In this document: positions 27,640 through 40,217 of the stretch, one piece after another
Numbering within the stretch: the first letter of the stretch is position 1
Layout of the letters: each line of letters opens with the position of its first letter
From: Chiloscyllium plagiosum
Lineage: Eukaryota
Assembly: GCF_004010195.1 (NCBI RefSeq)
Contig: NC_057710.1
Span: 91,581,928-91,645,927, forward strand
Direction: 5' to 3'
DNA length: 64,000 nucleotides
Notes under the pieces: model-generated
What the model saw: only the letters and a program-made list of their open reading frames with translations
What the model was told of the DNA's origin: nothing
The model's database searches: none
Position numbers and translations under genes: made by a program

Positions 27640-30297
27640 CAGAGATATGGATAAAGCAGGGACAGGAATGGTTATTGCAGGTTCTGGGACTTAGCTGTTC
27701 CAGTAAGAACAGAGAAGAGGGTGAAAGATGGGTAGGTGTAGCATTGTTAATCAAGGACAGTATTACAGTGGCAGAAAGGGTGTTTGAAGACTCTACTACT
27801 GAGGTAGTGTGGGAAAGGAGAAGTCACCCTGCTGGGAGTTTTCTGTCAGCCTCCAAATAGTTCCAGAGATGAACAGGAAGGGATAGCAAAAGTGATTCTG
27901 GATAGGAGCACAAGTAACAGGGTAGTTGTTATGGGGTCTTTAACTTTCCAAATATTGACTGGAAATACTATAATTTGAGTACTTTAGATGGGTCAGTTTT
28001 TGTCCAGTGTGTGCAGGAAGGCTTCCTGACACAGTATGTAGACAGGCCAACATGGGGCGAGGCCACATTGGATTTGGTACTGGGTAATGAACCTGGCCAG
28101 GTGTTAGATTTGGAAGTAGGTGAGCATTTGGATGATATAGACCACAATTCAGTTATGTTTACTTTAGCGATGGAAAGAGATAGGTATATACCGCAGGGCA
28201 AGAGTTATAGCTAGGGGAAAGGCAATTACGATGCGATTAAGCAAGATTTTGAATGCATAGGATGAGGAAGGAAACTGCAGGGGATGAACACAATTGAAAT
28301 GTGGAGCTTATTCAAGGAACAGCTACTGCAGTGGTTGAGCAAGAGAGCCGTGGTTTACTAAGGAAGTTGAAACTCTTGTCAAGAGGAAGAAGACAGTTTA
28401 TATAAGGATGAGAAGTGAAGGCTCAGTTAGGGCTCTTTAGTTACAAGTTAGACAGAAAAGTCCTAAAGAGAGAGCTTAGAAGTGTCAGGAGGGGACATGA
28501 GAAGTTGTTGGCAGGTAGGAGCAAGGAAAACCCTCAAGCTTTCAATGGGTATATCACGAATAAAAGAATGACTACAGAAGGATTAGGGCTAATAAAGGAC
28601 AGTAGTGGGAAATTCTGCGTGGAGTCCAAGGAGATCGGAGAAGCGCTAAATGAATACTTTTTGTCAGTATTCACACTGGAAAAAGACAATGTTGTCGAGG
28701 AAAATTCTGAGATACAGGCTACTAGACTAGATAGGATTGAGATTCACAAGGAGGTATTAGCAATTCTAGAAAATGTGAAAACAGATAAATCCCTTGGGCC
28801 AGATAGGATTTATTCTAGGCTTTGATCTTTCTGTCGTCATTGTCTACAGGAATAGTGCCAGAAGACTGGAGGTGTGCAAATGTTGTCCCTTGTCCAAGAA
28901 GGGGAGTAGAGGCAACCCTATTAATTATAGAGCCTACTTCGGTTGTGGGTAAAGTGTTGGAAAGGGTTATATGAGATAGGATTTATAATCATCTAGAAAG
29001 GAATAGGTTGATTAGGAATAATCAACACGGTTTTGTGAAGGATAGGTCATGCCTCACAAACCTTCTTAATTTCTTTGAGATGGTGACCAAACAGGTGGAG
29101 GAGAGTAATGCGGTTGATGTGGTATAGATAGATTTCAGTAAATAGTGTTTGATAAGATATCCCACAGTAGGCTATTGTACAAAATATGGAGGCATGGGAT
29201 TGAGGGTGATTTATTGTTTTGGATCAGAAATTGGCTAGCTGAAAGAAAACAGAGGGTGGAGGTTGGTAGGAAATGTTCATCCTGGAGTTCAGTTACTAGT
29301 GGTGTACCACAAGGATCTGTTTTGGGTCCATTGCTGTTTGTCGTTCTTATAATTGACCTGGATAAGGGCGCAGAAGGATGGGTTAGTAAATTTACGGATG
29401 ACGCTAAGATTGGTGGAGTTGTGGATAGTGCTGAAGGATCTTGCAGGTTACAGGGGTACATAGGTAAGCTGCAGAGCAGGGCTGAGAGGTGGCAAATGGA
29501 GTTTAATTCAGAAAAGTGTGAGGTGATTCACTTTGGAAGGAGCAACAGGAATACAGAGTACTGTGCTAATGGTAAGATTCTTGCTAGTGTAGATGAGCAG
29601 AGAGATCTCAGTGTCCGTGTACATAGATCTGTGAAAGTTGCTACCCAGGTTGAAAGAGTTGTTAAGAAGGCATGCAGTATGTTAGCTTTTATTGGTAGAG
29701 GGATTGAGTTTTGAAACCACGAGGTCATGTTGCAGCTGTACAAAGCTCTGGTGTGGCCACACTTGGAGTATTGCGTACAGTTCTGGTCACTGCATGATAA
29801 GAAGGATGTGGAAATGTTGGAAAGGGTTTAGAAGAGAAGATTTACTAGGATGTTGCCTGGTATGGAGGGAAGGTCTTACGAGGAAAGGCTGAGGGACTTG
29901 AGGCTGTTTTCGTTAGAGAGAAGAAGGTTGAAAGGTGACTTAATTGAGACATATAAGATAATCAGGGGGTTAGATAAGGTGGACAGGGAGAGCCTTTTTC
30001 TTTGGATAGTGATGGCTAGCATGAGGGGACATAGCTTTAAATTGAGGGGTGATAGATATAGAACAGCTGTCAGAGGTAGTTTCTTTACTCAGAGAGTAGG
30101 AGGGACATGGAACGCACTGCCTGCAACAGAAGTAGATTTGCCAACTTTAAGAGCATTTAAATGGTCATAGGATAGTCATATGAACTAAAATGGAATAGTG
30201 TAGGTTAGATGGGCTTTGGATTGGTTTCACAGGACAGCACAACATCTTGGGCCAAATGGCCTACGCTGCACTGTAATATTCCATGTTCTGTGTTCTA
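27640..30297 (+). mobile_element. CR1 LINE ORF2 (APE endonuclease + RT), frameshifted
   Basis: EGFLTQYVDRPT..ATLDLVL (APE); SGVPQGSVLGPLLF and KFTDDAK (RT); 3' tail ccatgttctgtgttctat. Confidence 0.95.
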
Positions 30298-30829
30298 TTT
30301 ACCTTATTTCTAAGTTTTGCATAAGCTGCAGTGAAAGTGTTTATTTTATTGTGGTCAAATTGAGTTGTGTAAAATTATTCATTTACAGAGAAACATGAAA
30401 AATGTGTTAAAAGCATCAAAATGTTTTACTGTTAAAGTCAGTGCACTAATTTAGTTTTCTTTAGCTTTGCCTTATAAATATATACGAAGTACAAGTGATT
30501 TGTAATTGGAGATTTGAACAAAATTGGAACAGTAGGAGGGTGCATTTCTATTTTATTGACGTCATGTCATATTGCTGTGACAAATTGATTAATCGGTATC
30601 CTTAAAGTACAGTAAGGTCACTTTATGTACAACAGAGACCGTATGAGTCTAAAGAAGCAAACTCTCTGGTATATCTATTAATATTAGTAAAACCTGTAAA
30701 ACAAAATTCTGCTGGTTGAATTAGCCTTATTCTTCTATTGAAAATGTCAGTTACAACAGCATGTGGGCTGTAAGATTTAGAAATAATGCAATGTAATTCT
30801 GATAACATGGATTTGGACATGAGGCTATT

Positions 30830-31420
30830 TGAAATGGAAGCAGGGGTAGGCTCCCAAGCCTGCTCCACCATTCAAATAAAGTCAAGGCTGATTGTTGCCT
30901 TAACTCAACTTTCCTGCCTGCTCCAATAATCCAATATCATTCCCTTGTGGAACAAAACACTACACAATTCAGCCTTGAATATGTTCAAAGGCAAAGTCTC
31001 CCCTATACTTTGGGATGGAGATTTGCAAACATTAATAATCCTCTGTGAAAAAGAAAAAACACTCCTCATGTTTTCCTCCTTTTTGGGCGACTCCTTATTT
31101 TCAAACAGTGCCCCTCATCCTCGATTCCCTCTTAAATGGAAACAGCCTCAGGATTTACCCTCTCAATGCTCCTCTGAACCTTATGTTTGAATAAGATTAT
31201 TTCTCATTTTGCTAAACTCCAATGAGCAGAGGCCCAAACTACTGAATATTTCCTCATAAGGTAGCTCCTTCATTACAGGGATGAACCAAGTGAATTTCTC
31301 GAGCAGACTCCAGTGGATGGGGATCAAAGTGGTATATGGTGATTGAACCAATGCCCTTGACAGTTGTCACAAGAATTTGTGCTCTTAAACTCCATCTCCT
31401 TTGCAATAAAGATATTCATG
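30830..31420 (-). mobile_element. Decayed CR1 3' fragment
   Basis: Reverse complement resembles the tail of 720-2095 (cctgctccaccattcaa, cagccttgaatat). Confidence 0.6.
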
Positions 31421-31452
31421 GCATGCTATATAACACTAGTACTTGTATCTAG

Positions 31453-31587
<135 letters not shown>

Positions 31588-32079
31588 TGACAACATTTGT
31601 TCCATAATTTTGAGCCTAATGATTTGTTATTTTTAGTTTATAACTTAGTAATTAACTTTGATCTAAATGCATGGTCTTAACAGAGATGCTTATCCATTTA
31701 AAGTAAGTTAACACCTCTTGCATTATTCATAAGAAAATTTGTGTTCTATTTAAGTGTTGTACATTAATATGCATAAATATAATTTCAAACCTATTGTATT
31801 CTGCATAACGTATTTTTATATCACAATCTTCTCAAAATCAACAGAGGAGAATTTACAGATACAAAAAACGAGCGGCCAACTTGTTAATTCAGTTTACACG
31901 ATTGCACAAAGTCTACTTTATACCTTGTGAGTTCTCAGTTTAGGATTGCCTCTTACATCTCTGTAATTGTCAACAGTGATTCTCAGAATACTTTGTGTTC
32001 CTGATGCTAGAACCTTACAACTTATTGTGGTTTCTACAGCAACAGATGCCAAGTGGATAGCATTTCTAAAAATTCAAAT

Positions 32080-32372
32080 ATCATCCCTTTCTCTATCTCT
32101 TTCTCCCTCCCTCCATCTCTTTCCTTCTCACCTTTTTATTTTGTTCTTTTTCTCCCTTCCTTCCTTCCCACCTCCCCTCCCTATTTGTTCCTCCCTCCAC
32201 CTTCCTTCCTTTCCTTTCTCCCTCCATCCCCTCCCCCTCTCTTGTTCGCCCTTCCCTTCTGCCCGCTTTGCACTTCTCCTTCCCACTTCCTTCCCTCCCT
32301 CCTTATCTCTCCCCATTTCTCAGCCCACCCCCTCATTTCTCCCTCCCTTTCTCTTCCCTCTCTTTTTTTTCA
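32080..32372 (+). repeat. Polypyrimidine low-complexity tract
   Basis: About 290 nt almost entirely C/T. Confidence 0.9.
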
Positions 32373-32540
32373 TATATCAGCCTGTCTTGTTCCCATGGCT
32401 GATAGTGTGGTTGGACCTTCACAGGTAGGTAGTTGTGGAGTTTCTGTCAGATAATCCTGCAGTTTGGGTTTCATTATCTGCTGTGGAGATTTATTTTGAC
32501 AGCCTGGAGATTCCTTTGGTTGACAGGTTTGGTTTTCAGT

Positions 32541-32613
32541 GGCGGGAATTGAACCCGGGTCTCTGGCGCTGCGAGGCAGCAGTGCTAACCACTGTGCCAC
32601 CGTGCCGCCCACA
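32541..32613 (-). mobile_element. Tailless HE1 SINE head (tRNA-like part only) between 52-bp direct repeats
   Basis: Nearly identical to the head of 55855-56172; flanks 32489-32540 and 32614-32665 are identical. Confidence 0.9.
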
Positions 32614-32897
32614 ATTTATTTTGACAGCCTGGAGATTCCTTTGGTTGACAGGTTTGGTTTTCAGTCGGGGAGCACTCACTCCGCAGCAGGCTGCCATCAC
32701 AAGTAGGTCACCTAATTTTACTCAAGGAAATGTGTGATGGGGGGAATGGCAAGGAGTCTTATCCTTGGCCCTGAGGTGTGCCAAGACATGGCAAGGCGCC
32801 AAGGGTGGTTATCCTTCCCGAACTCCTGCTATTGGTCTTCATGAAGCTTGGGAAACCTAAAGCAGCCACAAATAACACTGCAAAACATATTATGTAT

Positions 32898-33227
32898 GGG
32901 TGGCATAGTGACCCAGTGGTTAGCACTGCTGCCTCACAGCTCCAGGGTCCTGGGTTCAATTCCAGCCTCAGGCCACCATATGGGTGGAATTTGCACATTC
33001 TCCCCATGTCTGCGTATGCTTGCTCTGGTGTCCTCCCACAATCCAAAGATATGTAGGTTAGGTGAATTGGCCATGCTAAATTGCCCATTGTGGTCAGGGA
33101 TGTGTGGATTAGGTGCATGAGTCAGGGATACATGTAGAGGAATGGGTCTGGGTGGGTTACTTTTTGGAGGATCAGTGTGGACTTGTTGGGCTGAAGGGCC
33201 TGTTTCCACACTGTAGGGATTCTAATT
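32898..33227 (+). mobile_element. HE1-type SINE, full length, diverged
   Basis: A/B boxes (cagtggttag, ggttcaattcc), central domain, tail gggcctgtttccacactgtagggattctaat. Confidence 0.9.
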
Positions 33228-34249
33228 ATTGTATCTGAGATTGCCAATCTCATTAAGATATTTAAATGGTCAACGTGCTTCCTGTGAGCAGGTTGACTCT
33301 TCCTCCCTTGTCATACCACTAATCAACACCAAGATGAGCAGGTCAAGTCAAGCTCTAAATTTTTAAGGTTACAGCATTTTACATGAAGGCACCCCCAGGC
33401 CTTTGGGGTTAAAACTCAGCCCTGTAGTCTCTGACCTGTTTCTGGACCCTTGCCTATGAAATGGACCAATTTTGCAGGAATTTACGAGCAGCCCAATGAG
33501 GTTACTGTTCTGGCTTTATTTTCTGTCCCATCTGATCTCCACAATCTAAGCGTTGAGCGCTTATGAAATGAAATTATTCCAGACCTGTAAAGTGTCTCCA
33601 CTTTAGTTCAAATTGCATGTTAACCCTTGCTGATGGACCATGATTGGCAGCTGTGGGGAGTCTCTGAGAGTTTTCTGTTACTCGGAATCAGTAAAGACAG
33701 ATGATAAAATGAATCACACTCCTGTTCTTCTGAATGCAGACCAAGGACACGGGGGATTTTATCCTATCCCCACTCTTAAATCCTGAGATTTGCCCAGAAG
33801 CCCCTATTTTGTCCTAACTGAGTGCTGAGAACTGCTATATAACGACTTAAAATTTGTCGGATGCACTTTGTATGTATTTCCACAATTAAATTTCAGCGGG
33901 TGACTGACAAACTTGCAGTGGACCGGGTGGAGATTTCAAGAGGTTAAAACTGTGCTAGTAGCCAATTTAAAGCCAGTGATTTCCAGGTTTGCTTCAAATG
34001 AGTTTGACTGGCTGCATCTCTCCTTGTTGGGAGAAGGGATTTAGCAAATAAAACATGTTAATTACTCAGTTCTTGCAATATTTTAAGCTGCATTCAAATT
34101 TTGACAATGTTTGTTAACATCTCCCGGAAGTTCTCAGTGTGCCAATTGCAAATGTCCGTACCCCTAGCAGCACTGCCTGTGATATCATTCATCCCATTTG
34201 CTCATATTTATTGTGATTCTTTGAACGCTGCCATGTTTTATATTGTTCA

Positions 34250-34332
34250 AAATCATGTAACATCAGGTAATAGTCCAACAGGTTTATTTGGAAGCACTAG
34301 TTTTCGGAGCAGTGTTCCTTCCTTCGGTGGTA
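34250..34332 (-). mobile_element. Penelope-like terminal fragment, decayed hammerhead
   Basis: tagtccaacaggtttatttggaagcactagttttcggagcagtgttccttcc, homologous to 35140-35210. Confidence 0.7.
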
Positions 34333-34737
34333 CAACATTAGGTGTTTGGAATAAAAGCCTGACAGGGCTCAACAGTCTGGCTGCAGGAATTGTTTGCCCT
34401 GACTGGGAGAGTCCAAGTAAAGGGGTCATGGTCTCAGGATATGGGGCAGATCATTTATGACTCAGATGAGGAGAGATTTCTTCATTTCCAGGGTGGTGAA
34501 CCTGTGAAATTTTCTACGACTGAAGTCTGTGAAAATAAGCGATTATGTTCAAGAAATAAATGAGTAAATAGTTTTCTAAATAATAAAGGTGTCCATGGGA
34601 ATGGGGACAGAGTGGGTATGTGGCACTGAATTAAAGGATGAATCATGACCATGCTGAGTGGTGAAGCAGGTTATCGATGGGCTGAATGGCCAATTCCTGC
34701 TCCTAGTTTCTTTGTCTCTGTGCTTCTGTAAATATAA

Positions 34738-35018
34738 TGATTCGGAGATGCCGGTGTTGGACTGGGGTGTACAAAATTAAAAATCACACAACATGAAAGG
34801 AGTGAAACTATCACTGTATTCTAACAGATGAAAGGCTTAACAGACAATCAATTCTTCAATGTATAATTTCAGTTACATCACACTGCAAATTTTTGCTATA
34901 AATTCTGTGTTACGATCGAGCCCTCCACAATCACCTGATGAAGGAGCGTCGCTCCGAAAGCTAGTGTGCTTCCAATTAAACCTGTTGGACTATAACCTGG
35001 TGTTGTGTGATTTTTAAC
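34738..35018 (+). mobile_element. Penelope-like terminal repeat insertion with inverted 5' segment
   Basis: 13-bp TSD tctgtaaatataa (34725-34737, 35019-35031); ends ggtgttgtgtgatttttaac; contains the hammerhead at 34932-34966. Confidence 0.85.
34932..34966 (+). ncRNA. Minimal type I hammerhead ribozyme motif
   Basis: CAC-CUGAUGA-A-GGAGC-GUC-GCUCC-GAAA-GCUA-GUG: intact core boxes, 5-bp stem II, CAC/GUG stem I, palindromic AGCU in place of stem III. Confidence 0.8.
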
Positions 35019-35121
35019 TCTGTAAATATAAAGTGATATATTTACATGATTGCTGTTGATGTTCAGAGCCTGGATTGGAGAAGCCTGTCACTGGGTAGGA
35101 ATATGTTCACAGTACTTGTGT

Positions 35122-36214
35122 AAAGTTAAAAATCACACAACACCAGGTTATAGTCCAACAGGTTTAATTGGGAGCACTAGCTTTTAGAGCATCGCTCCTT
35201 CATCAGGTGGTTATGGAGGGCACAATTGTCAGACACAGAATTTATAACAAAAGTTTACAGTGTGATGTAACTGAAATTATACATTGAAAAATTCCTTAAT
35301 TGTTTGTTGAGGCTTTCATCTGACAGGGTTTTTAAGAAGGCCTACAGTGTTTTAGCTTTTATTAATAGAGGGATCGAGTTCCGGAACCATGAGGTTATGC
35401 TGCAGCAGTACAAAACACTGGTGCAGCCGCACTTGGAGTATTGTGTACAGTTCTGGTCACCGCATTATAAGAAGGATGTGGAAGCTTTGGAAAGGGGACA
35501 GAGGAGATTTACTAGGATGTTGCCTGGTATGGAGGGAAGGTCTTACGAGGTAAGGCTGAGGGACTTGAGGCTGTTTTCGTTAGAGAGAAGAAGGTTGAGA
35601 GGTGACTTAATAGAGACATATAAGATAATCAGAGGGTTAGTTAGGATGGACAGGGAGAGCCTTTTTCCAAGTATGATGACGGTGAGCATGAGGGGGCATA
35701 GCTTTAAATTGAGGGGTGATAGATATAGGACAGATGTCAGAGGTAGTTTCTTTATTCAGAGAGTAGTAAGTGTATGAAATGCTATGCCTGCAACGGTAAT
35801 AGATTCATCAACTTTAAGTACATTTAAGTCGTCATTGGACAAGCATATGGATGTACATGGAATAGTGTAGGTTAGATGGGCTTCAGATTGGTATGACAGG
35901 TCGGCGCAACATCGAGGGCCGAAGGGCCTGTACTGCGCTGTAATGTTCTATGTTCTAATACTATGATAGTTTCACTTCTTTCATGTGTAAATCACAAAAC
36001 CTTTTTTTTAAAGTTGCATTCTCTGGTTAACTGTAACAATGGGTGTTAGCTAGACAGTACGTTGAAGGTGTTAGCCCCCTGTGTTCTCTGTCTTTGTCAT
36101 AATGTTTAGACTGATTGTAAACTAAAAAGTGAGATAACAGAGTTTTACATGAATTCATGCAGTTTTTGAGCAAAGTACAATGTAACTCTGCAAGTCCAAA
36201 ATCACACCACAAAC

Positions 36215-36246
<32 letters not shown>

Positions 36247-36280
36247 CTGTCTGTCTGTCTGTCTGTCTGGGTTGGGGGGT
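35122..36280 (-). mobile_element. Penelope-like 3' region interrupted by a CR1 insertion
   Basis: 35122-35322 is an inverted homolog of 34825-35018; continues after 35957; collinear with 45963-46710; ends in (TG)n/(TCTG)n. Confidence 0.8.
35324..35957 (+). mobile_element. Young 5'-truncated CR1 LINE nested in a Penelope-like element
   Basis: ORF 35304-35777 encodes the CR1 ORF2 C-terminus; tail aatgttctatgttcta. Confidence 0.95.
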
Positions 36281-37203
36281 CAACAGTACTTGTGGTAAGA
36301 ATTTGGTTTGTACTCTTTGACTGCAGTAAGAATTGGGTCAGAGTGATTGACAAGCTGTCTGGGATCTGGGAGGAGGAATGAGCCAAACATTGACACCAAC
36401 AGTAGCCTGCCGAGGAGAGAGACCCGCAGACCGTAAACAGAGAGGGATGTAGAGGCAGCAGAGGGGTCAAGACTGTAGAATAAACTACCAGTGTCACAGG
36501 GTGTACAAGCAGAACTCAACTTTATTAATACCTGTGAGAGTTGGGAGACTTCTCTGACAGCTCCTAAAAAAAAGCTCCTGCTCTCTGCTGAACAATATGA
36601 CAATGCATCACCAGTGGCTGTGAAAGTGGCCACAGGAGGAAATGGGTGAGATCCTTATGAATACTTCACATTGGTACTCAATAAGGAAAAGAATCAGGGT
36701 GATGGGATGCTTAGAGAGGGGTATGTTAATATTCTAGGGCATGTCAATATTGAGAAGGAGAAGGTGTTTGGTGTCTTGAAAAACATTAAGATGGTAAGTC
36801 CCATGAATGGGATCTCTCCCAGGATACTGAGGGGGGCAAGGGAGGAGATTGCTGGGGCCTTGACAGAGATTTTCGTATCCTCTACAGCTACAGGTGAGGT
36901 CCCAGAAGACTGGAGATCAGTCAATGTTGTTCCTTTGTTTAAGAAAGGCAACAGGGATATACCCGGAAATTATAGGCCAGTGAGCCTTACATCAGTAGGA
37001 GGGAAATTATTGGAGAAGCTTCTTCAGCACAGTATTGCCTCGTATTTGGAGAAGAATGGCTTTGTTTGGGATAGTCACTGTGGCTTTGTGCGGGAGTGGT
37101 CTTATCTCACAAACTTGATTTTTTTTTGAGGAAGTGATGAAGATGATTGATGAGGGTAGGAAGTGGATGTTGTCGACATGGACTTTACTAAAGCATTGAC
37201 AAA

Positions 37204-37608
37204 CCCTAACCACCCGACACCTAGAGGAAGAATGCCTCATATTCCACCGTGGGACCCTTCAAACACACGCGATCAATGTGGATTTCAACAGTTTCCTCAT
37301 TTCCCCTCACCACACATTATCCCAATCCCAAGCCTCCAACCCGGCACTGCCCTCCTGACTGTCCATCACCTTTCCCATCTATCTGCTCCACCCTCCTCTC
37401 CGACCTATTACCTTCCCCCGCACCTTCATCTACCTATTGCATTCTCAGCTATCTTCCCCCCATCCCTACTCCCCTCCCATTTATCTCTCAGCCTCCCGGC
37501 CCATGAGCCTTGTTCCTGATGAAGGGCTTATACCCGAAATGTCGATTCTCCTGCTCCTTGGATGCTGCCTGACCTGCTGTGCTGTTCCCGCACCACACTC
37601 TCGACTCT
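37204..37608 (+). mobile_element. Penelope-like 3' fragment (GIY-YIG C-terminus plus hammerhead repeat) nested in CR1
   Basis: LEEECLIFHRGTLQTHAINVDFNSF; hammerhead CUGAUGA-A-GGG-CUUAUA-CCC-GAAA-UGUC at 37516-37543. Confidence 0.85.
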
Positions 37609-38604
37609 GGTCCTGAAGATTGAGTCACATGGGAGCCAGGGAGAGTTGGCAAGTTTGATACAAAGTTGGCTTGGTCATAGAAGACAGAAGGTAGTGGTGG
37701 AGGAGTGTTTTTATGCCAATGGTTCTGTGTCCAGCTGCAAGGATCAGTGCTGGGACCTCTGTCATTTAAAGTATATATAAACGATTTGGATGAAAATGTA
37801 GCTGGTCTGATTTGTAAGTTTGCAGCTGACACCAAGTCGGTGGAATTGTGGATTGTCAAAGGATATGACAGGACATAGGTCGGTTGGAAAGTTGGGCAGA
37901 GAAATGGCAGATGGAGTTTAATCCGGACAAGTGTGAGGTAATGCTTTTTGGAAAGTCAAATGCAAGAAGAAAGTCTACAGTAAATGTCAGGATCCAAAGG
38001 GGCATTAATACACAGAGGGATTACGTGGTGTAAGCTCATAGCTCCCTTGTCGTGGCAACACAAATGTATAAGGAGGTAAAGAAGGCGTACAGCATGCTGG
38101 ACTTTATTGGTCAGGGCATTGAGTATAAACGTTCACACATCATGCTGCAGCTGTACAAGAATTTAGATGGGCCACATTTGGAGTAGTGTGCAGTTCTGGT
38201 TGCCACATTATAGGAAGGATGTGGAGGCTTTGGAAAGGTGCAAAAGAGGTTTATCAGGATGTTGTTTGGATAGGATTTATAATGAAAGGTTGGACAAGAG
38301 GTTGTATTGTTTTCACGAGAGCTTCAGAGGCTGAGGGGCGACCTGGTAGAGATAAATTAAAATAAGAGAGGCATGGGATTGGGTAGATAATTGAAATCTT
38401 TCTTTCAGGGTAGATAGTGTCAAATACATTTGGGCAGAGGTTAAAGGTGAGAAGGATAAGGTTTAAAGGAGACGTGTGAGGAAAGCATTTTTACACAGAG
38501 GGTGGTAGGTGCCTGGAACATGCTGCAAGGCATGTGTTAAAGTGCGTATAGTAGCAAAGTTTAAGAGGCATTTAGGCTGACACATGAACGTACAGACTAT
38601 GTAG

Positions 38605-38862
38605 GGGTGGCACTGCTGCCTTACTGTGCCAGGGACCCTGCTTCAATTCCACCCTCAGGCGATCGCACACTATCTCTGTGTCTGTGTGGGTTTCCTCCAG
38701 GTGCTCCAGTTTCCTCCCACAATCCAAAGATGTGCAGGTTAGGTGGATTATCCATAGGGAATGTAGGATTACAGAGATAGGATAGGGGAATGGGTCTTGG
38801 TGAGATGCTGTTTCAGAGAGTCAGCGTGGACACAATGGCCTGCTTGCACAATGTAGGGATTC
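38605..38862 (+). mobile_element. HE1-type SINE, diverged, nested in a CR1 tail
   Basis: gcactgctgcc...gtgtctgtgtgggtttcctccaggtgctccagtttcctcccacaatccaaagatgtgcagg. Confidence 0.85.
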
Positions 38863-39039
38863 ATGTAAAGGCAGATGGGATTGGTTTGGAATAGCATCAT
38901 GGTTGGCACAGATGTGATGGGCTGAAGGTCCTGCTCCTATGCTGTACTGTTTCATGTTCTACAGGATGCTTGCCAAGGCCCACTGTATGTCAGCTTCGCT
39001 GCAGTCAAAATCAGTCAGATGGCCTGGCTGCTCAGGTTT

Positions 39040-39370
39040 GAATGTCTGGCTGGCTTTCCACACTCCTGCCAATCCCCACACCTCTGAATCAGTTAAGGGT
39101 ATTGGTAACCTGTATGAAAATGCAGCATGTGAGAAGGAAAGATTTCTGTGCTGTATTCCAGGGTATCTACCAAGATTCTTTCATCCAAGCTACCCAATGG
39201 CTTTTAATATGCAAGCAGACTTGAAGGACAGTGATTTGAAGACAGAGGATATCCCTTTATAACTAAGCTGATGACATCTGTCGGAAACCCAAGCAATGAA
39301 GCCCAAAGGGTTGTAACAAAAGCAATCTGGCTACCAGATGCATCATTGAGCAATCAATTCTCTCATGTGA
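39040..39370 (+). mobile_element. PIF/Harbinger transposase remnant
   Basis: CAVFQGIYQDSFI (cf. A.xPGS.HD motif), EDRGYPFITKLMTSVGNPSNEAQR (cf. GDxGYP..WLMTP), ATRCIIEQSI (cf. R..IE..FG), in order with frameshifts. Confidence 0.65.
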
Positions 39371-40217
39371 GACAACAAAGCTTCATTCTTCCTTTTCCTA
39401 CTGCTCCTACACTGGAGCAACTGGGTTGGTTTCAGATGAGCCCGAACCTGCCCTCTCAGATCTCTGCTCTGACTGCCATGTTATTGTTAGTTGATGAACC
39501 CTTGGGGTGTTTGATCCCCTGAGAATCCTGACAATGATCATTCTGATTATGTCAACCCTTAGAGACAAAAGGAACAACTGATTGGTTAAGAGTGGGTGAC
39601 AGATATAGAATTATTACATTAGAATCCCCACTGCTATATTCATCTTGCCTAGGGGCCCGTCATATTTCACTTTTAACACTCTGCTGAAGTTCTGCTGTAA
39701 CGGTAGCCATGCCTCACCAGGATGTATTTGACTGCCGTCACTTTCAGCTGCATAGATCTGCCCACAGTATCCACGGAAGAACATTCCTCATGGTGCGGCT
39801 GCTGTAAACCTAGCCATGCTTGAGATGAACTCTTTCATGCTATCTGCAATGATGAACAGAGTGCAGGGAATGCTGACAGTGCATCAGAAATTTTCCATTG
39901 GCCCTCCATGATGATGATTTTCATTGACTTTCTTCAGGATTGAGCACTTTGTGTCCAGCTGAACAAGGCTTGGAGAGAGCATCTGCCATCCAACACACAC
40001 TTGCCACAATTGTCACTGGCACAATTGGCTACTTGTGATGATGCATAAGCTGTGAATCGCTGGGTAGTGTCTGGCTGTCATCTCACTGGATCTGGGGAAG
40101 TGTGAGTCTCAGTGCTAGTACACGACAGGCTGTGCTGTGATGGGGCACCCACAGGAGAAATAAATGCTGTGAGAATTCATCATCCCCATGGTATAGCACC
40201 TCATGTTAAGTACACAA

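Larger units (their letters stand above)
36615..38960 (+). mobile_element. CR1 LINE ORF2 RT region, decayed, with nested insertions
   Basis: ORF 36671-37129 (VPEDWRSVNVVPLFKKG...NYRPVSLTSV); FAADTK; tail at ~38920-38960. Confidence 0.9.

Noticed and set aside
31967..32454. Long Pro/Ser/Leu/Phe-rich ORFs
   Set aside because: By-product of the pyrimidine tract, which lacks stop codons.
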